A stretch of DNA of 64,000 nucleotides, taken from Scyliorhinus canicula. Lineage: Eukaryota. Numbering within the stretch: the first letter of the stretch is position 1; the number at the start of each line of letters is the position of its first letter. The translations under genes and the position numbers were made by a program. Below are positions 1 to 11,474 of this stretch, one piece after another. The notes under the pieces were generated by a model. The model was not told the DNA's origin, searched no databases, and saw only the letters and a program-made list of their open reading frames with translations. Where the stretch lies: positions 146,361,875 through 146,425,874 of the forward strand of contig NC_052146.1 in NCBI RefSeq assembly GCF_902713615.1, in the 5' to 3' direction.

Positions 1-84
1 GCACTGACCTCTCACGGTTTCATTCCTGATTGTCCCAACATTGCCAGCACATCTCCTACAAGAACACTTCACATTCTGCATTAT

Positions 85-320
85 CACTGACGTGCCGAGG
101 TTCCATCCTTGACCTCTATTCCTCATTTATCTGCCTAACAGCAACACCATCATTCTGTGGGGAATAATCTGTTCATGGATACTGCTGTTACCTGTTCTTC
201 CTTATCCATTACCATCTTCTGTTCCACAATTGTTATGAGGCTGTTGAATTTTCTGTTTTGCATCAAATTAGGTATGGTTCAGAGTCCTTTTGCTGTTGAA
301 TTGGATATTGCCTTTTCTTT
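85..320 (+). mobile_element. Highly degenerate L2/CR1-type LINE reverse-transcriptase remnant
   Basis: gtgccgaggttccatccttgacctctattcctcatttatctgcct resembles the RT motif GVPQGSILGPLLFLIY with indels. Confidence 0.3.
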
Positions 321-1487
321 CCCTGACACAAATGTGTAAAAACTGAGGGACCTAGTGGCAAATGAGCAACACAGGGCATTTTGCAAGATTGAGCACAAAG
401 GTATACATCCATAGTAATGATTGAGAAATAGGTTGACTAGGTGTTAATCATGTCAGATCTGGGTGAAAGGGAAGTGGGGGATGGTGAAGAAACGCTAGAT
501 GTCATGAGAAGGGATTCCTTTCTCTTGATTGGCATGGTAGAGAAGCTTCAGCAATCATATCTCCTCTGGTTTACTTGCAATAGGATGATGTGATCAGCAA
601 CAGCCAACCAGTATGAATGTCTCGAAGTACCAAACATCATTCACACAAGTTGTGCTATTCAAAAGGATGTTGCCCTTTATACTTTTGAAAGACTGCATTT
701 TCTGTAGACAGCTTAGTGACATGAAGCAGCCAATGATAAAGCATAATCCACAATGGCTGATTAACTGAAAGTGATTTAAAAAATCAGGATAAGTAGATTT
801 CATAATTTCCTGACGCATTTGATGCAAGGCATGCTTTGTGCTGACAGAGAACACTGGACACCCTGAGGATTCAGCCCTCAGCTGCCATGCAGATGTTTGT
901 GAACTGACACTTGTCTCTTCTGCCAGCAGCAGCAGTTAGATCTGCACTAGATAAGGTATCCCTGAAAGTAGCATTACCGCAAAACAAATCTGAGGGTCGA
1001 CCGTGCCAGAAACAGGCAGCGTTTGTCGGTAACATGCGAAAGATATGTGTGTTTTTTGTTGGTGTCAAGCATCCATTGCTAATAGACATTCTTCATCGCT
1101 CAGCTGTTGTAAAGAAACATTTGGATTTCTCTTCTCTATGTCTCAAAGTACACCACATGTTCTGAATTAGCTTAAAGTACAGTAACTCTTGAAACACAAT
1201 GAAATGTGGTTGTCATTGTGGGCACAATGATATTCCACAAATACAAATAAGTGAATATTATTTTTGGTGCAGCTGATTCAGCTTAGAATGTTTGCCATGA
1301 CAGATATTAATGGGAATGCAGAAAATATATAGTGGAAAATGAGAATGATATTTTAGTTCATTCCAATATACTTAGAAAATCAATTGTTTTGTCTTGATTT
1401 TGTTGTGAATGGAGATGGTGGCGGGGGGGGGGGGGGGGAGGAGGCAGGATGTGGAGGGCAGGGGGAAGGAAGCAGGGAAACCTAAAT

Positions 1488-1571
1488 CTACAGCTGGGTT
1501 ATAGTTTTGTAATTGTTTTCGGAGGTATTGGTTTTCGCATCAAGAGCTCCTTCTGAAAATCGCTTCCTGCA
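1488..1571 (-). CDS. Candidate last coding exon of an unidentified host gene (CRKRFSEGALDAKTNTSENNYKTITQL*)
   Basis: Acceptor ctctttttggttccacag, 27 open codons to TAG, phase-0 match to the donor of the upstream exon; non-repetitive sequence. Confidence 0.5.
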   Translation of the reverse strand, partial: CRKRFSEGALDAKTNTSENNYKTITQL

Positions 1572-1675
1572 CTGTGGAACCAAAAAGAGTTGGTCAACCA
1601 GTTCTGGTGTGCAGGAAACAGCCAAGGCATTACATGGTCAACTGTGATATTAGTGACTCCATTTGTCCTTCTCAC

Positions 1676-1763
1676 ATTGTAATAAAGCTCCTCCTTTAAC
1701 CCACTTTCTGGGTGCATTGACAGCTGTTTGGACCTCGAAAAGATCTTTTCAGGTAGCTCAGTT
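1676..1763 (-). CDS. Candidate penultimate exon of the same gene (TELPEKIFSRSKQLSMHPESGLKEELYYN)
   Basis: Acceptor ttgctttccag, donor AAT|gtgaga, 104-nt GT-AG intron to the next exon, frame preserved after splicing. Confidence 0.5.
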
Positions 1764-2416
1764 CTGGAAAGCAATTCCTGGGAGTTGCCTTAAAAATGAA
1801 TGAACAATAAATGTCTATCTTCCAAATAATCCTCGTGTCACCAAAAGCATCCTTTAGAGCAAAGAGATGATACTTTTCACTGCTCAGGAGCACTATGTGG
1901 ATTAGAAACATAGAGCCATAGACGTTTACAGCAGGCAAACAGGCCCTTCGGCCCAGCTTGTCCGTGCTGCCCAGTTTCTATCACTAAGCTAGTTCCACTT
2001 GCTCTCATTTGGCCCATATCCCTCTATACCCAACCTGCCCATATAACTGTCCAGCTGCTTTTTAAAGGAAATAATTGGACCCGCCTCTACCACTGACTCT
2101 GGCAGCCCGTTCCACATGCTCACCACCCTCTGTAAGAAAACGTTCCCCTCTGGGCTCTTTTGTATCTCTCCCCTTTCACCTTAAACCTATGCCCTCTAAT
2201 TCGAGACTTCCCTACCTTTGGGAAAATATGTCAACTATCTACCTTATCTATGCTCCTCATTATTTAATAGACATCTATAAGTTCACCCCGAAGCCTCCTA
2301 TGCTCCAGGGAAAAAGTCCCAGCCTATCCAGCCTCTCCTTATAGCCATTAGGTCCTGGTAGCATCCTTGTAAATCTCTTCTGCACTCTTTCCAGTTTAAC
2401 AATATCCTTCCTATAA

Positions 2417-2619
2417 TAAGAAGTCTCACAACACCAGGTTAAAGTCCAACATGTGTATTTCAAACACTAGCTTTCGGAATGAATTCAGGTCATTCACCTG
2501 AGGAAGGAGCAGTGCTCCGAAAGCTAATGTTTGAAACAAACATGTTGGACGTTAACCTGGTGTTGTAAGACTTCTTAACGTTCTCACCCCAGTCCAATGC
2601 TGGCATCTCCACATCATGG
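2417..2619. mobile_element. Penelope-like fold-back mini-element (inverted pseudo-LTR halves) inserted in the CR1
   Basis: 2417-2478 is the inverted copy of ~2516-2577; splits the CR1 WSPYYRKD motif; contains a hammerhead core. Confidence 0.75.
2495..2529 (+). ncRNA. Minimal type I hammerhead ribozyme motif (stem I weakened)
   Basis: CAC CTGAGGA A GGAGC-agt-GCTCC GAA AGCT A ATG: CUGANGA and GAAA cores, stem II, palindromic AGCU stem III. Confidence 0.6.
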
Positions 2620-2680
2620 TTTGCTGACCAGAACTGAACATAGTATTCCATGTGTGGTCTTACCAATGTATTGTTCATCT

Positions 2681-3050
2681 TGGCAGATGGTGTTTAATTT
2701 GGATAAATGTGAGGTGATGCATTTTGGTAGATAAAATCAGGACAGGACCTACTCAGTTAATGGTAGGGAGTTGGGGAGAGTTACAGAACAAAAAGATCTT
2801 GGAGTACAGGTTCATAGCTCCTTGAAGGTTGAGTTACAGGTGGACAGGGTGGTGAAGAAGGCATTCAGGATTCTCGGTTTCATTGGCCAGAATATTAAAT
2901 GCAGGAGTTGGGACGTCTTGTTGAAGTTTTACAAGACATTGGTAAGACCACACATGGAATACTGTGTTCAGTTCTGGTCACCCTATTATAGGAAGGATAT
3001 TGTTAAACTAGAAAGAGTGCAGAAAAGATTTACGAGGATGCTTCCATGTC
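2681..3050 (+). mobile_element. CR1 LINE ORF2 C-terminal fragment
   Basis: WQMVFNLDKCEVMHFG; ORF 2771-3103 EQKDLGVQVHSSLKV...KTLVRPHMEYCVQFWSPYYRKD. Confidence 0.9.
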
Positions 3051-3561
3051 TTAAAGGACAAGAGGTTAGGATTGAACTTTCCCAGAAAATTCACAACACC
3101 TAAGAATCTCAACACAGCTTTCTTGCCCTCTGGGATTTTCATTTTCTGTATGGCAGCAATCTTGTCGTTGTCTGGTTGCACACCATGTTCCGAAATTTGA
3201 TCTCCAAGGAACTTCAGAGTTGAGATACCAAAACTATATTTGGCTCTATTCAGTTTCAAACCAAATGTATGTACTCGTTGAAATGCTTGTGACAACCTTG
3301 CATTGTGTTCTTCTCTTGTAGGTGACCAGACAATTATATCATCCACATACACTCGTACTCCTTCAATAAATTTCTGATGCTGAGATAATTCCAAATGGCA
3401 TTCTGTTGAAACATTATCCACCAAACAGTGTGTTGAATGTACACAACTTCTTGTTTATGTCATCTAACTGCATTTGCCAAAATCCTCTGGAGGCATTCAG
3501 TTTGGAAATTGATTTTTAGCATTCACCATCTCACTGATGATTTCTTCTCTCTTGGGTATAG

Positions 3562-3780
3562 AACATAAAACATAGAACATGCAGTGCAGAAGGAGGCCAT
3601 TTGGCCCATCGTGTATGCACCGACCCACTTAAGCCCTCACTTCCACCCTATCCCCGTAACCCAATAACCCCTCCTAACCTTTTTGGTCACTAGGGGCAAT
3701 TTATCATGGCCAATCCACCTAACCTGCATGTCTTTGGGCTGTGGGAGGAAAGCGGAGCACCCGGAGGAAACCCACGCAGG
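3562..3780 (-). mobile_element. 5'-truncated HE1/V-SINE inserted in Gypsy pol
   Basis: V-domain gggtttcctccgggtgctccg plus tail; 9-bp TSD tgggtatag at 3553-3561 and 3781-3789. Confidence 0.88.
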
Positions 3781-5537
3781 TGGGTATAGGATAGTGCTCT
3801 CTTAATATTTCTATCAAGATCGTTAGGATTGCCGCATATCCTTTATTCCCCAGAAGGTTTCTTTGCACACACCATGGAACTGATTGAGGCAGTCGGTGCT
3901 GTTATTTTGGATATTTTGCCAAGATTTTGCATACGTGCAAGCTATTGCTTCGATCTCTCCTGAAGCAGTGCAGGAACTCTTCTCGGAGGGTGTACCACTG
4001 GTTTGGCATCTGGCTGTAACTGAATTTTATATTGATAGGGACGAGTACCCATGCCTTCATAGATTGTGGAAAGCGATCAAGAATTCCTTGTATGTCATCT
4101 TGAATAGGTGGACGAAAAGAACCCGCACTATGAATTCTCTTAATTAGCTGAAGATCCTTACAGGCTTGCAAACGCAGTGTGAAGATTTGTTTGAATCAAC
4201 AATCTCAAATCTTAGAGATATGGCAGTGTCGTGATTGGTCACCAATAAATGGCAAGACCCCACTGAGGTGATGGCAATGCCATTATAGTCACACAATTGA
4301 CAATTTGACTTTTTGATTTTAGGAGTTTGCTTGAGTTGTAAAAGGTCATGCCTATTGAGCAAGTTTGCAGAAGCTCCTGTGTCAAGTTTAAAACTAATTT
4401 GAGAATCATTAACTTGAAGTACTGTGTTCCATTCCAATTCTGTGTTGATAGAACGAACTACCTTAAGAGATGAAACATCTGTGGTATCAATAAAGCCTAC
4501 GAAGAATGAATCTTCTAAACAGTAAGCATCAAGATCATTGGAAAAATTTTCTTCTGAAAACCTTCTTGTTTTGTGTCCGCACTTCTTACATTCATATGCT
4601 GTTTATTTAAATGCACAGATTTCAATTTAAGAGCGGTCTGCACTGTGCAGCAAAGTGGTTGTGTTTGCTACATTGTAAGCAACATTTTCCTTGTACTGGA
4701 CATTTTTTGTGTGGGTGGGTGTGCCCACAGCATCCACACATCATGACGTTCACGTCGTCATGTGTACAGCTTCTTCGTGCATTCGCATATCAGTCTTCTT
4801 CCGTCTCGGATCTTTTTGCGAAGTGCACAAGGTGGCTGCCATCCATAACGTGCATCTTTCTGAGCTGTGCTACAACTCCAACGCATTCTACCTCAAGGTT
4901 CATTTTCTCGCCTTTTTCTCACAGCAGAATATATTGACTTTTGGATAAAAACAATAGTCGACACATTTCAATTGAATTTTCAAGCTGGAGAACTTCCTGT
5001 CTCAGCAAAAGTTCCCTGAGCTTATCATCGATTATTCCAAGTACAGTATGATCTCTGATCATTGAATCAGTTAAAACAGAGAAATTACATGTTTGAGCTA
5101 AGAATTTGAGATCAGTCACGAAGCAATCAATCAATTCCCCATTATTTTGCATTCTTCTTTTGAAGACAAAATGCTCAAAAGTTTCATTAATCTGGATCTT
5201 GCTGTCAAACTTTGCTATGACTACAGCATATTTAGTCTTATTTTCATCTGTAGCAAATTGAAATGAGTTATACAAGTCTATGAATTGTGGACCAGCCATT
5301 GTTTGAAATAAAGCTAATTTCTGATCATTACTTGCATCATTTAAATCAGAAGCCAACAGATATAACTGGAACTGTTGCTTGATCACTCGCCAGTTAACAG
5401 TTAAAGCGTGAGCTTTCTCCATGCACCCTGGTTTCTTTGATGTCTCGCAGTAACAGGTCTGTTCTTCAAAGTTCGAGTTGCGTGTTAGTTTTTCTTTTAC
5501 TAAATACTTACTAAACTATCTAACTAGCTTCAGTAGA

Positions 5538-5550
5538 CACTCTGGTACCA
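5538..5550 (-). promoter_or_regulatory. Primer-binding site (tRNA-iMet-like)
   Basis: TGGTACCAGAG directly after the LTR; one mismatch from TGGTAGCAGAG. Confidence 0.65.
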
Positions 5551-5976
5551 TGTTATATTGCCATGATTGGTAATATGTTGTACTCTTTGTCCTTTCTTCC
5601 AGAATGGTCCGATGTAGAGTTGACAAAGAGTATACCAATCAAAAGATTGAAGCAAAACTAATTTATTATGACACGACTAATTACATGAAGTTTGCACACT
5701 TTACTGAGCTACAGATAATAATTAAGTGACATTGAATATGTCTTACAGTACTCAATAATCTAAATAGTCACTAAGTACACTATGATCTAACTTTGTGTTT
5801 ACTCTATCTACTCTAATCTTCTTATGCTTTCACCACGCTTTCTCTTTCTGCTTCTCCCAGAATTCCCTCAGAGTCTGACTTAAATACAGAGAAATGGTAT
5901 AGCCCTCTACTGTTTGATATACACAGAGATGTAATTATTAACCATTCACTAACCTGACTATATACATATCATGACA
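5551..5976 (-). repeat. 5' LTR of the Gypsy element
   Basis: Minus strand begins TGTCATG, ends ATAACA, immediately followed by a PBS. Confidence 0.8.
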
Positions 5977-6865
5977 TTTTCTAGTTCGGCTATGCACATA
6001 TTGAATGAGGAATTCCTCCTGAATACACTCGACAAATTTCTCTCCATCCAAACCCCGAGTGCTATGGCTGCCCCAGATAATGTTGGGGAAGCTAAAATCC
6101 CCTACTATTACCACCCTATTTTTCCAGCAGCTATCTGTAATAGCATATTTGCTTCTCGATTTCACGCTGACTATTTGGGGCCTATAGTACAGTACTATCA
6201 AAGTGATCGTGCCTTTCTTATTTTTCAGATCTACGCATATAGACTCAATGGGTGAACCCTCGGATATATCCTCTCTCTGTACTGGCGTGATGTTGCCCCA
6301 AATCAAAAACACAACTCCCTCACCCCTCCTATCTCCTGGTCTATCTTTCCTATAGCACCTGTACCCTTGGACATTGAGCTTCCAGTCTAGCCTCTCCTTT
6401 AGCCATGTTTTCAGTAATAGCTATAATGTCCCAGTCCCATGTACCTATCCATGCCCTGAGTTCATCTGCCTTGCCTGTTAGGCCTCTTGCATGGAAATAA
6501 ATGCAGTTCAATCTGTTTCTCTGCCTTCCACTTTTCTCCTTATTGACTATTGTTTCTATCCCTTCTTTACAACCCTCTGACTTCCTGTATTGGTTCCCAC
6601 CCTCTTTCCACATTACTTTAAACCCGCCCCAACAGCGTTAGCAAACAACTCCCTGAGGACACTGGTTCCAGTCCTGCCCATGTGTAGACCGTCCGATTTG
6701 TAATGGTCCCACCTCTCCCAGAACCGGTTCCACTGTCCCAAAAATCTGAATCCCTCCCTCCTGCACCACCTCTTAAGCCACACATTCACCCTGGCTATCC
6801 TGTCATTCCTACTCTGACTAGCACGTGGTACTGGTAGCAATCCCGAGATTCCTACCTTTGAGTAG
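5977..6865 (-). mobile_element. CR1 LINE 5' region: ORF1 esterase end and ORF2 AP-endonuclease start
   Basis: ISGLLPVPRAS...DGLHMGRTG (SGNH esterase); LNCIYFHARGL...DIIAITE, YYRP, VIVGDFSFPNI (APE). Confidence 0.9.
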
Positions 6866-6953
6866 GGTTTGGGAGAGAAGGATACAATATTCACCCATAA
6901 CCAAAATGTAGCACAGATAGAAAAGTATGAGTGGATCACGCTTTCATATCAAG

Positions 6954-7196
6954 AGGTCTTGTGATGCAACAGGTAGCGTCCCTGCCTCTGAGTCAGAAGC
7001 TACAGGTTTTAGTCCCACCCCAGGACTCGATGGCAAAGGAAGATGTGTTCATAACGTGGTCAAAAACGTTGACTGTGTTAACCTGCAAATCCTTCCAACA
7101 TGCCAATGGTAAGAGTGGGAGAGACTCCTGGCCAGACATGTTTGATATGGAATGGCACCCATCAAGCTATAAACTTCTGGCAACAGAAAAGTGACC
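6954..7196 (+). mobile_element. tRNA-derived SINE, separate family, degenerate
   Basis: tRNA-like head ggtcttgtgatgcaacaggtagcgtccctgcctctgagtcagaagctacaggttttagtccc with decayed A/B boxes. Confidence 0.5.
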
Positions 7197-8146
7197 TGGT
7201 CTGGGTATTACTGCCAACGGAAATAAATTGAATCTATTTCATATCTCTTACCTAGTTCAAACTCACCAAAGCCTAGACTAAGATCATGGGCTAGATTCTT
7301 CGTGAGATAAGGCCGAATCGCGAAACGCGATCGGCCGGAGAATCGGCTCCGACGCCGAAATCGGGCCTGACGCCGGATTCTTGCTGAATTGCCATTCTCC
7401 AGACCCTCAAAAACAATGGAATCACGGCACCAGCCGCGTGGCCCGCAAATACAGTATGCATCTCATTATCAGTCATGACGATCGATTCTCCGGGGCCTCA
7501 GCGATTCTTCACCTCAGATGGGTCAAATTCCCGACGGCATTTCTCTAATGTGGTATAAAAAATCATGAAGCTGGCGTGCTGGTTGAGGCGACTGTGAGAG
7601 GAGATAGGAGGTGGTATGGGGGCTCCCAGATCAGACACCGGCCGTGCTTTCTGCAGGGTTAGGAGGGGGGGGGGGGCTGCTGGGGCCAGGGGAGGAGAAG
7701 GGAAGGGCAGGGGACAGGCCGAGCACCCGGGAAGTCCCTGACCTGACAAGGCCAGTGCCCAGGCACCGAGCGCCATTATGGTGGCCAACGTGCTGGCCAC
7801 CCGCCGCAGCCCTTGGGTGCAGACAGAGAAAAAACCCGTATGAGTGGATGCCCCTCCCCCCGAGCAATCCCGCCCCCCGACCACCCCACCCAACCTGAGA
7901 CACCCACCAGGAGATCATCCAGTTCCAAGCCGACGGCAGCCCCCAGTGAGGGCAGTACCATCATACGGTAGCCCTGGCAGCAGGGAGAGGCGCCAGGACT
8001 GGGGGCACCGACGGGGCCGTGGTGCGGGGGTGGGGGGCATGCGTGGTTGGGGCGGGTGGTGAAACTGGGGACACCATGTAGCCCACGGTTGGGCACAGTG
8101 TATGTTCCATGATTACATATTTTCCTTTCGCTCCTTGCAGATAATC

Positions 8147-8856
8147 ATGTTTGGTCATCAACCAGCAATGTTGGCCGCCGTGGCGACGGCCACTGCCCTG
8201 CACGCAGCCCTGTGGCAGCGTGAGTGGGGGCGGCTCAGAGAGGTAGCGGAGCCTGCAGCAGAGGAGCGGGCTGCAGAGGGACAGGTCGCAGCCTGCATTT
8301 ACCGCGACTGCATGTCCTTTGAGGAACTCCCGGACCGGGCATGCAGGAGGCAGTGTGACACACCTGCAAGATGATGGCACGCCTGGTAGCGCATGGGAAT
8401 GGGGGAGGACACTCGCTCCCGGTGGCCACCAAGGTGACGGTTGCGTTGAACTTTTACACGATGGGGTCTTTCTAGTTGTCGAGTGGGGACCTGTCTGACA
8501 TCTCCCAGACTTCGGCGCACAGGTGCATCCGTGACGTCATGGATGCCCTGTATGCCCAGGCAGATCGGTACACACAGCACCCAGTGGACCACGCTCACCA
8601 GGATGCCCGGGCAGCAGGCTTCACTACTATTGCCGGGATGCCCCGCGTCCAGAGGATCATCGATGGGGTGCATGTCGCCCTATGGCTAACGGTGGATAAC
8701 AGGCTGCTGTTCACCAACAGGAAGGGATACCACTCCATGATCATTTAGGTGGCCTGTGAGCATCAGATGCGGATCCTGCACGTCTGCGCCCGGTACCGGG
8801 GCAGTGTACTTGACTCATGCACCTTGGCACAATCGGTGATTCCTGACATGTTCGAA

Positions 8857-8891
<35 letters not shown>

Positions 8892-8953
8892 CCCCCCCCC
8901 CCCCCCCCACCGGCTTTGGGGGTGGTTGCTGGGCGATAGGGGTTACCCGTTCG
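8147..8953 (+). pseudogene. Harbinger (HARBI1-like DDE) transposase of element A, disrupted and 3'-truncated
   Basis: MFGHQPAMLAAVA..., SGDLSDISQ...IIDGVHV...NRKGYHSM, GWLLGDRGYP; stops, deletions and a (CA)n insertion. Confidence 0.9.
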
Positions 8954-8954
8954 T

Positions 8955-10718
8955 GGCTTCTCCATGGAACAGGGGTGCGAGCAGAGCCATCCCCTGAGGC
9001 CCCCCACACCACCTGGCACTGCTAGTCCTGGATGCCCTCTCTGGTGTCGACAAGGGTCTGAACATTCGTGGCTATGGAGCTTAGGGAATGGCCCACGAGC
9101 CTGAGGGTCTGTGCCACTCAGCCAGTGAGTGAGCCACGTCCCTCTGGGACTCGATCACGTCCCTCTCTGTCTGTGCGACACCGGCCAGTGCCTGGACATT
9201 GCCACCGATGCTCTCAGCAGTCTCCAGCTGGCTCTGCCAAATGGTTTCCTGTGAGAGGGCAGCCCTGTCCTGGACATCGTCCCCCGCCTGCACTGAACAC
9301 CTCAAGCCTTGCAGCCGCTGACCCGTGTCCGACACCATCGCCCCCATTGCCTCAACCACATATGCCACCCATGTGGTTTCAGCCTGGGTGGCATGCATAA
9401 CCAGCGCTACCCCCTGCTCCTGCAGGCGGTTGGACCCCTCCACCTGCGTCTGGAGGTGCTGGAAGCCGCCGTCATCCCCTCCTCTAGCCCCTGGGTCTCT
9501 GAGTGCGTCTGCACTACGGTTTGGACTGTGTGGTCCAGGAGCCCGAGACCCGTCTGGGCGGGAGCTGGTTTCTGGAGTCAGGCGGCCCTCCGACCATCCG
9601 GCCACTCGGCTGCTCCCATCTCCATCTGCTGTACTGGCTCAACTGTGTGGTGCGCACCAGTGAGTGTCCCAGGAGCCTCCACTAATTTGCCCAACTGAGG
9701 CAATAGTCTCTGAGATGATTGAGGGCGTTGGAGACAGCAGTGACAGAAAGTCAGTGTCATCCTCCAAACCAAACTCCCGGGTCTCCTGGGTCTCGGGCAG
9801 AGGGCTGGTGTTCTGGCTGATCTCCCTGTCGGTGCCCCACTAGCCAGGGGCACCGGCTCTGGCACTGGCTGGGGTCGGGGGGCCCCAGATGGGCCGGGCC
9901 CATCTCCGGCAGGTCCTGTAAGACACAAGACGGCATGTATGGTTAGACAGTGGGACGGGGGTGAGTCGTGATATGGTGAGGGCTGAGGTGAGGGAGTTTG
10001 GGTGTGGGGTGAGGGGGGTTGGTGTGTGGGGGTTTGGAGTGGGCACCCATTTGTCGTGAGGAACTGCAACGAGGCAGGGGGTCTCACTTTGTCGCATTCT
10101 GCCGACCTCCACCTCGGCGACCTCCCTTTCCTCTGGGCCGCCGACCATGTCCAGTGCCCTCTGCTCGGGCACGGTGAGGGGCCGCAGGTCTGGTGGTCCC
10201 CCTCTGGTCTTCTCCCGCTCTGACGGTTGTGTGCGCCTTGTCCTGGGTGGGGGCAGGTGCAAACATGAACAATGACAGTGTTAACAGTCCGGCACATGCA
10301 GTCCAGGGGTTGGGTTGCTGGTGGCATCAGTGGCCAGGGCACACGGCCATTGCGGCTGGCATCGATGCTTGTATGTGGGGTAGGGTGGGGGATCCAGCTG
10401 TCCCTCGGTGGGGCGTGGTGTCTGGGTCACATGTGTGTGGGGGGGTAGGGTGCTTGGTGCGAAGGGCACAGCGCTGGGTACTACCCTGGCCGCTCTGATG
10501 AGATTGTGCAGTTTTTTTCTGCACTGGAAGCCAGTCTGGGCCAGCTCGCTAACGGCACTGATGGCAGCTCAAACCTCCGCCCAGGCATGGCGAACGGTAG
10601 CATCTGAGGACCTCCCTCCCAGGCTGGGGTACAGCACCAGCCTCCTCTCCTTCACGGAATCAAGGAGGGTCTCTAATGCCACATTGCGGAAGCGCGGCGC
10701 TGCTTTCTTTGCCGCCAT
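8955..10718 (-). pseudogene. Myb/SANT-like partner gene of element A (exons 10718-10485, 10242-10088, 9915-~8955)
   Basis: MAAKKAAPRFRNVALETLLDSVKERRLVLY...AWAEV...QCRKKLHNLIRAAR; GT-AG introns; Q/E/A-rich C-terminus. Confidence 0.8.
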
Positions 10719-11474
10719 GTTGGCTGCGTCGCTTGTGTGTGGGAGGGGGAGAATTCCCTACGTCCAGCTGCAGCTGTGCGGCAATCACAGAACTGGCGAA
10801 TCAGCTGCCGATCCCAGAGTGTGCCATTCCTCGTGACGCCCGTGCTAGCCCCTTGGAAGCATTTGAATAGCTGCATCTATGGCCCCAATTTCGCCGTCGT
10901 GAAACTCCACAGTTTTCACAAAGGAGTCAAGTCTCCAGAATGGAGAATACAGCCACATTTATTCACATTGTGCGCAACTGTGTGTTAGAAACCTGGAAGT
11001 AGATACATCTTTATTCAAATGAAAGTGCTGCTTATCACATGATATTGTGACCAGAAATTGATTGGATTTCATCCAGTAATGCATGCTTTCACTGTATTCT
11101 TTTGTCAGTGTGCTTTTTGTGATACAACCATAATGGGTACATCCAATGCTTTGTCTAATCTAAACAGCAGCAACTCACACTGAACCGTGAGAACATGGGC
11201 AACAGATGTTTTAAGAGCCTGATTCATCTTAATAAGCACGAATATAAACTGATGTAAAGTGTATAAAGGTCATGAGATGATATGCCGTTATAAAGATATG
11301 AAAATGTAAATTGGGTTGATTTAGAAAGTTGAGCACAATGATTAAGTGTTGTCTTCGACATAAAAGCTTCATGTGTGTTGGTGTGTTGACTGTGAGAATA
11401 TTTATTTAATCCTTAATAAATATTAAGGTGTCTGACTCTTGCATCGCCCACTCTCATTCCTGTGTAAAGACAAA

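Larger units (their letters stand above)
1905..2680 (-). mobile_element. CR1-clade (HER1-like) LINE 3' end
   Basis: LVRPHMEYYVQFWS...YYRKDIVKLERVQKRFTRMLPG...YKERLDRLGLF; 3' tail gggccgaagggcctgtttgcctgctgtaaacgtctatg. Confidence 0.9.
3051..5976 (-). mobile_element. Gypsy/Ty3 LTR retrotransposon, 3'-truncated (LTR-PBS-gag-protease-RT), decayed
   Basis: gag ORF 4919-5422, CCHC knuckle CLQCSKHNHFAAQC near 4640-4680, protease FKLDTGASANL (4144-4437), RT YVDDII...FLGVVNFLGKF (3008-3424). Confidence 0.92.
7288..10955 (+). mobile_element. PIF/Harbinger transposon A (two-gene, internally deleted)
   Basis: TIRs GGGCTAGATTCTTC / GGAGAATACAGCCA, TSD CAT on both sides, convergent transposase and Myb-like genes. 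Confidence 0.9.

Noticed and set aside
7250-11000. Host exon interrupted by Harbinger A (acceptor near 10993, donors near 7251 and 7266 on the minus strand)
   Set aside because: The reconstructed empty site has stops in all three frames.
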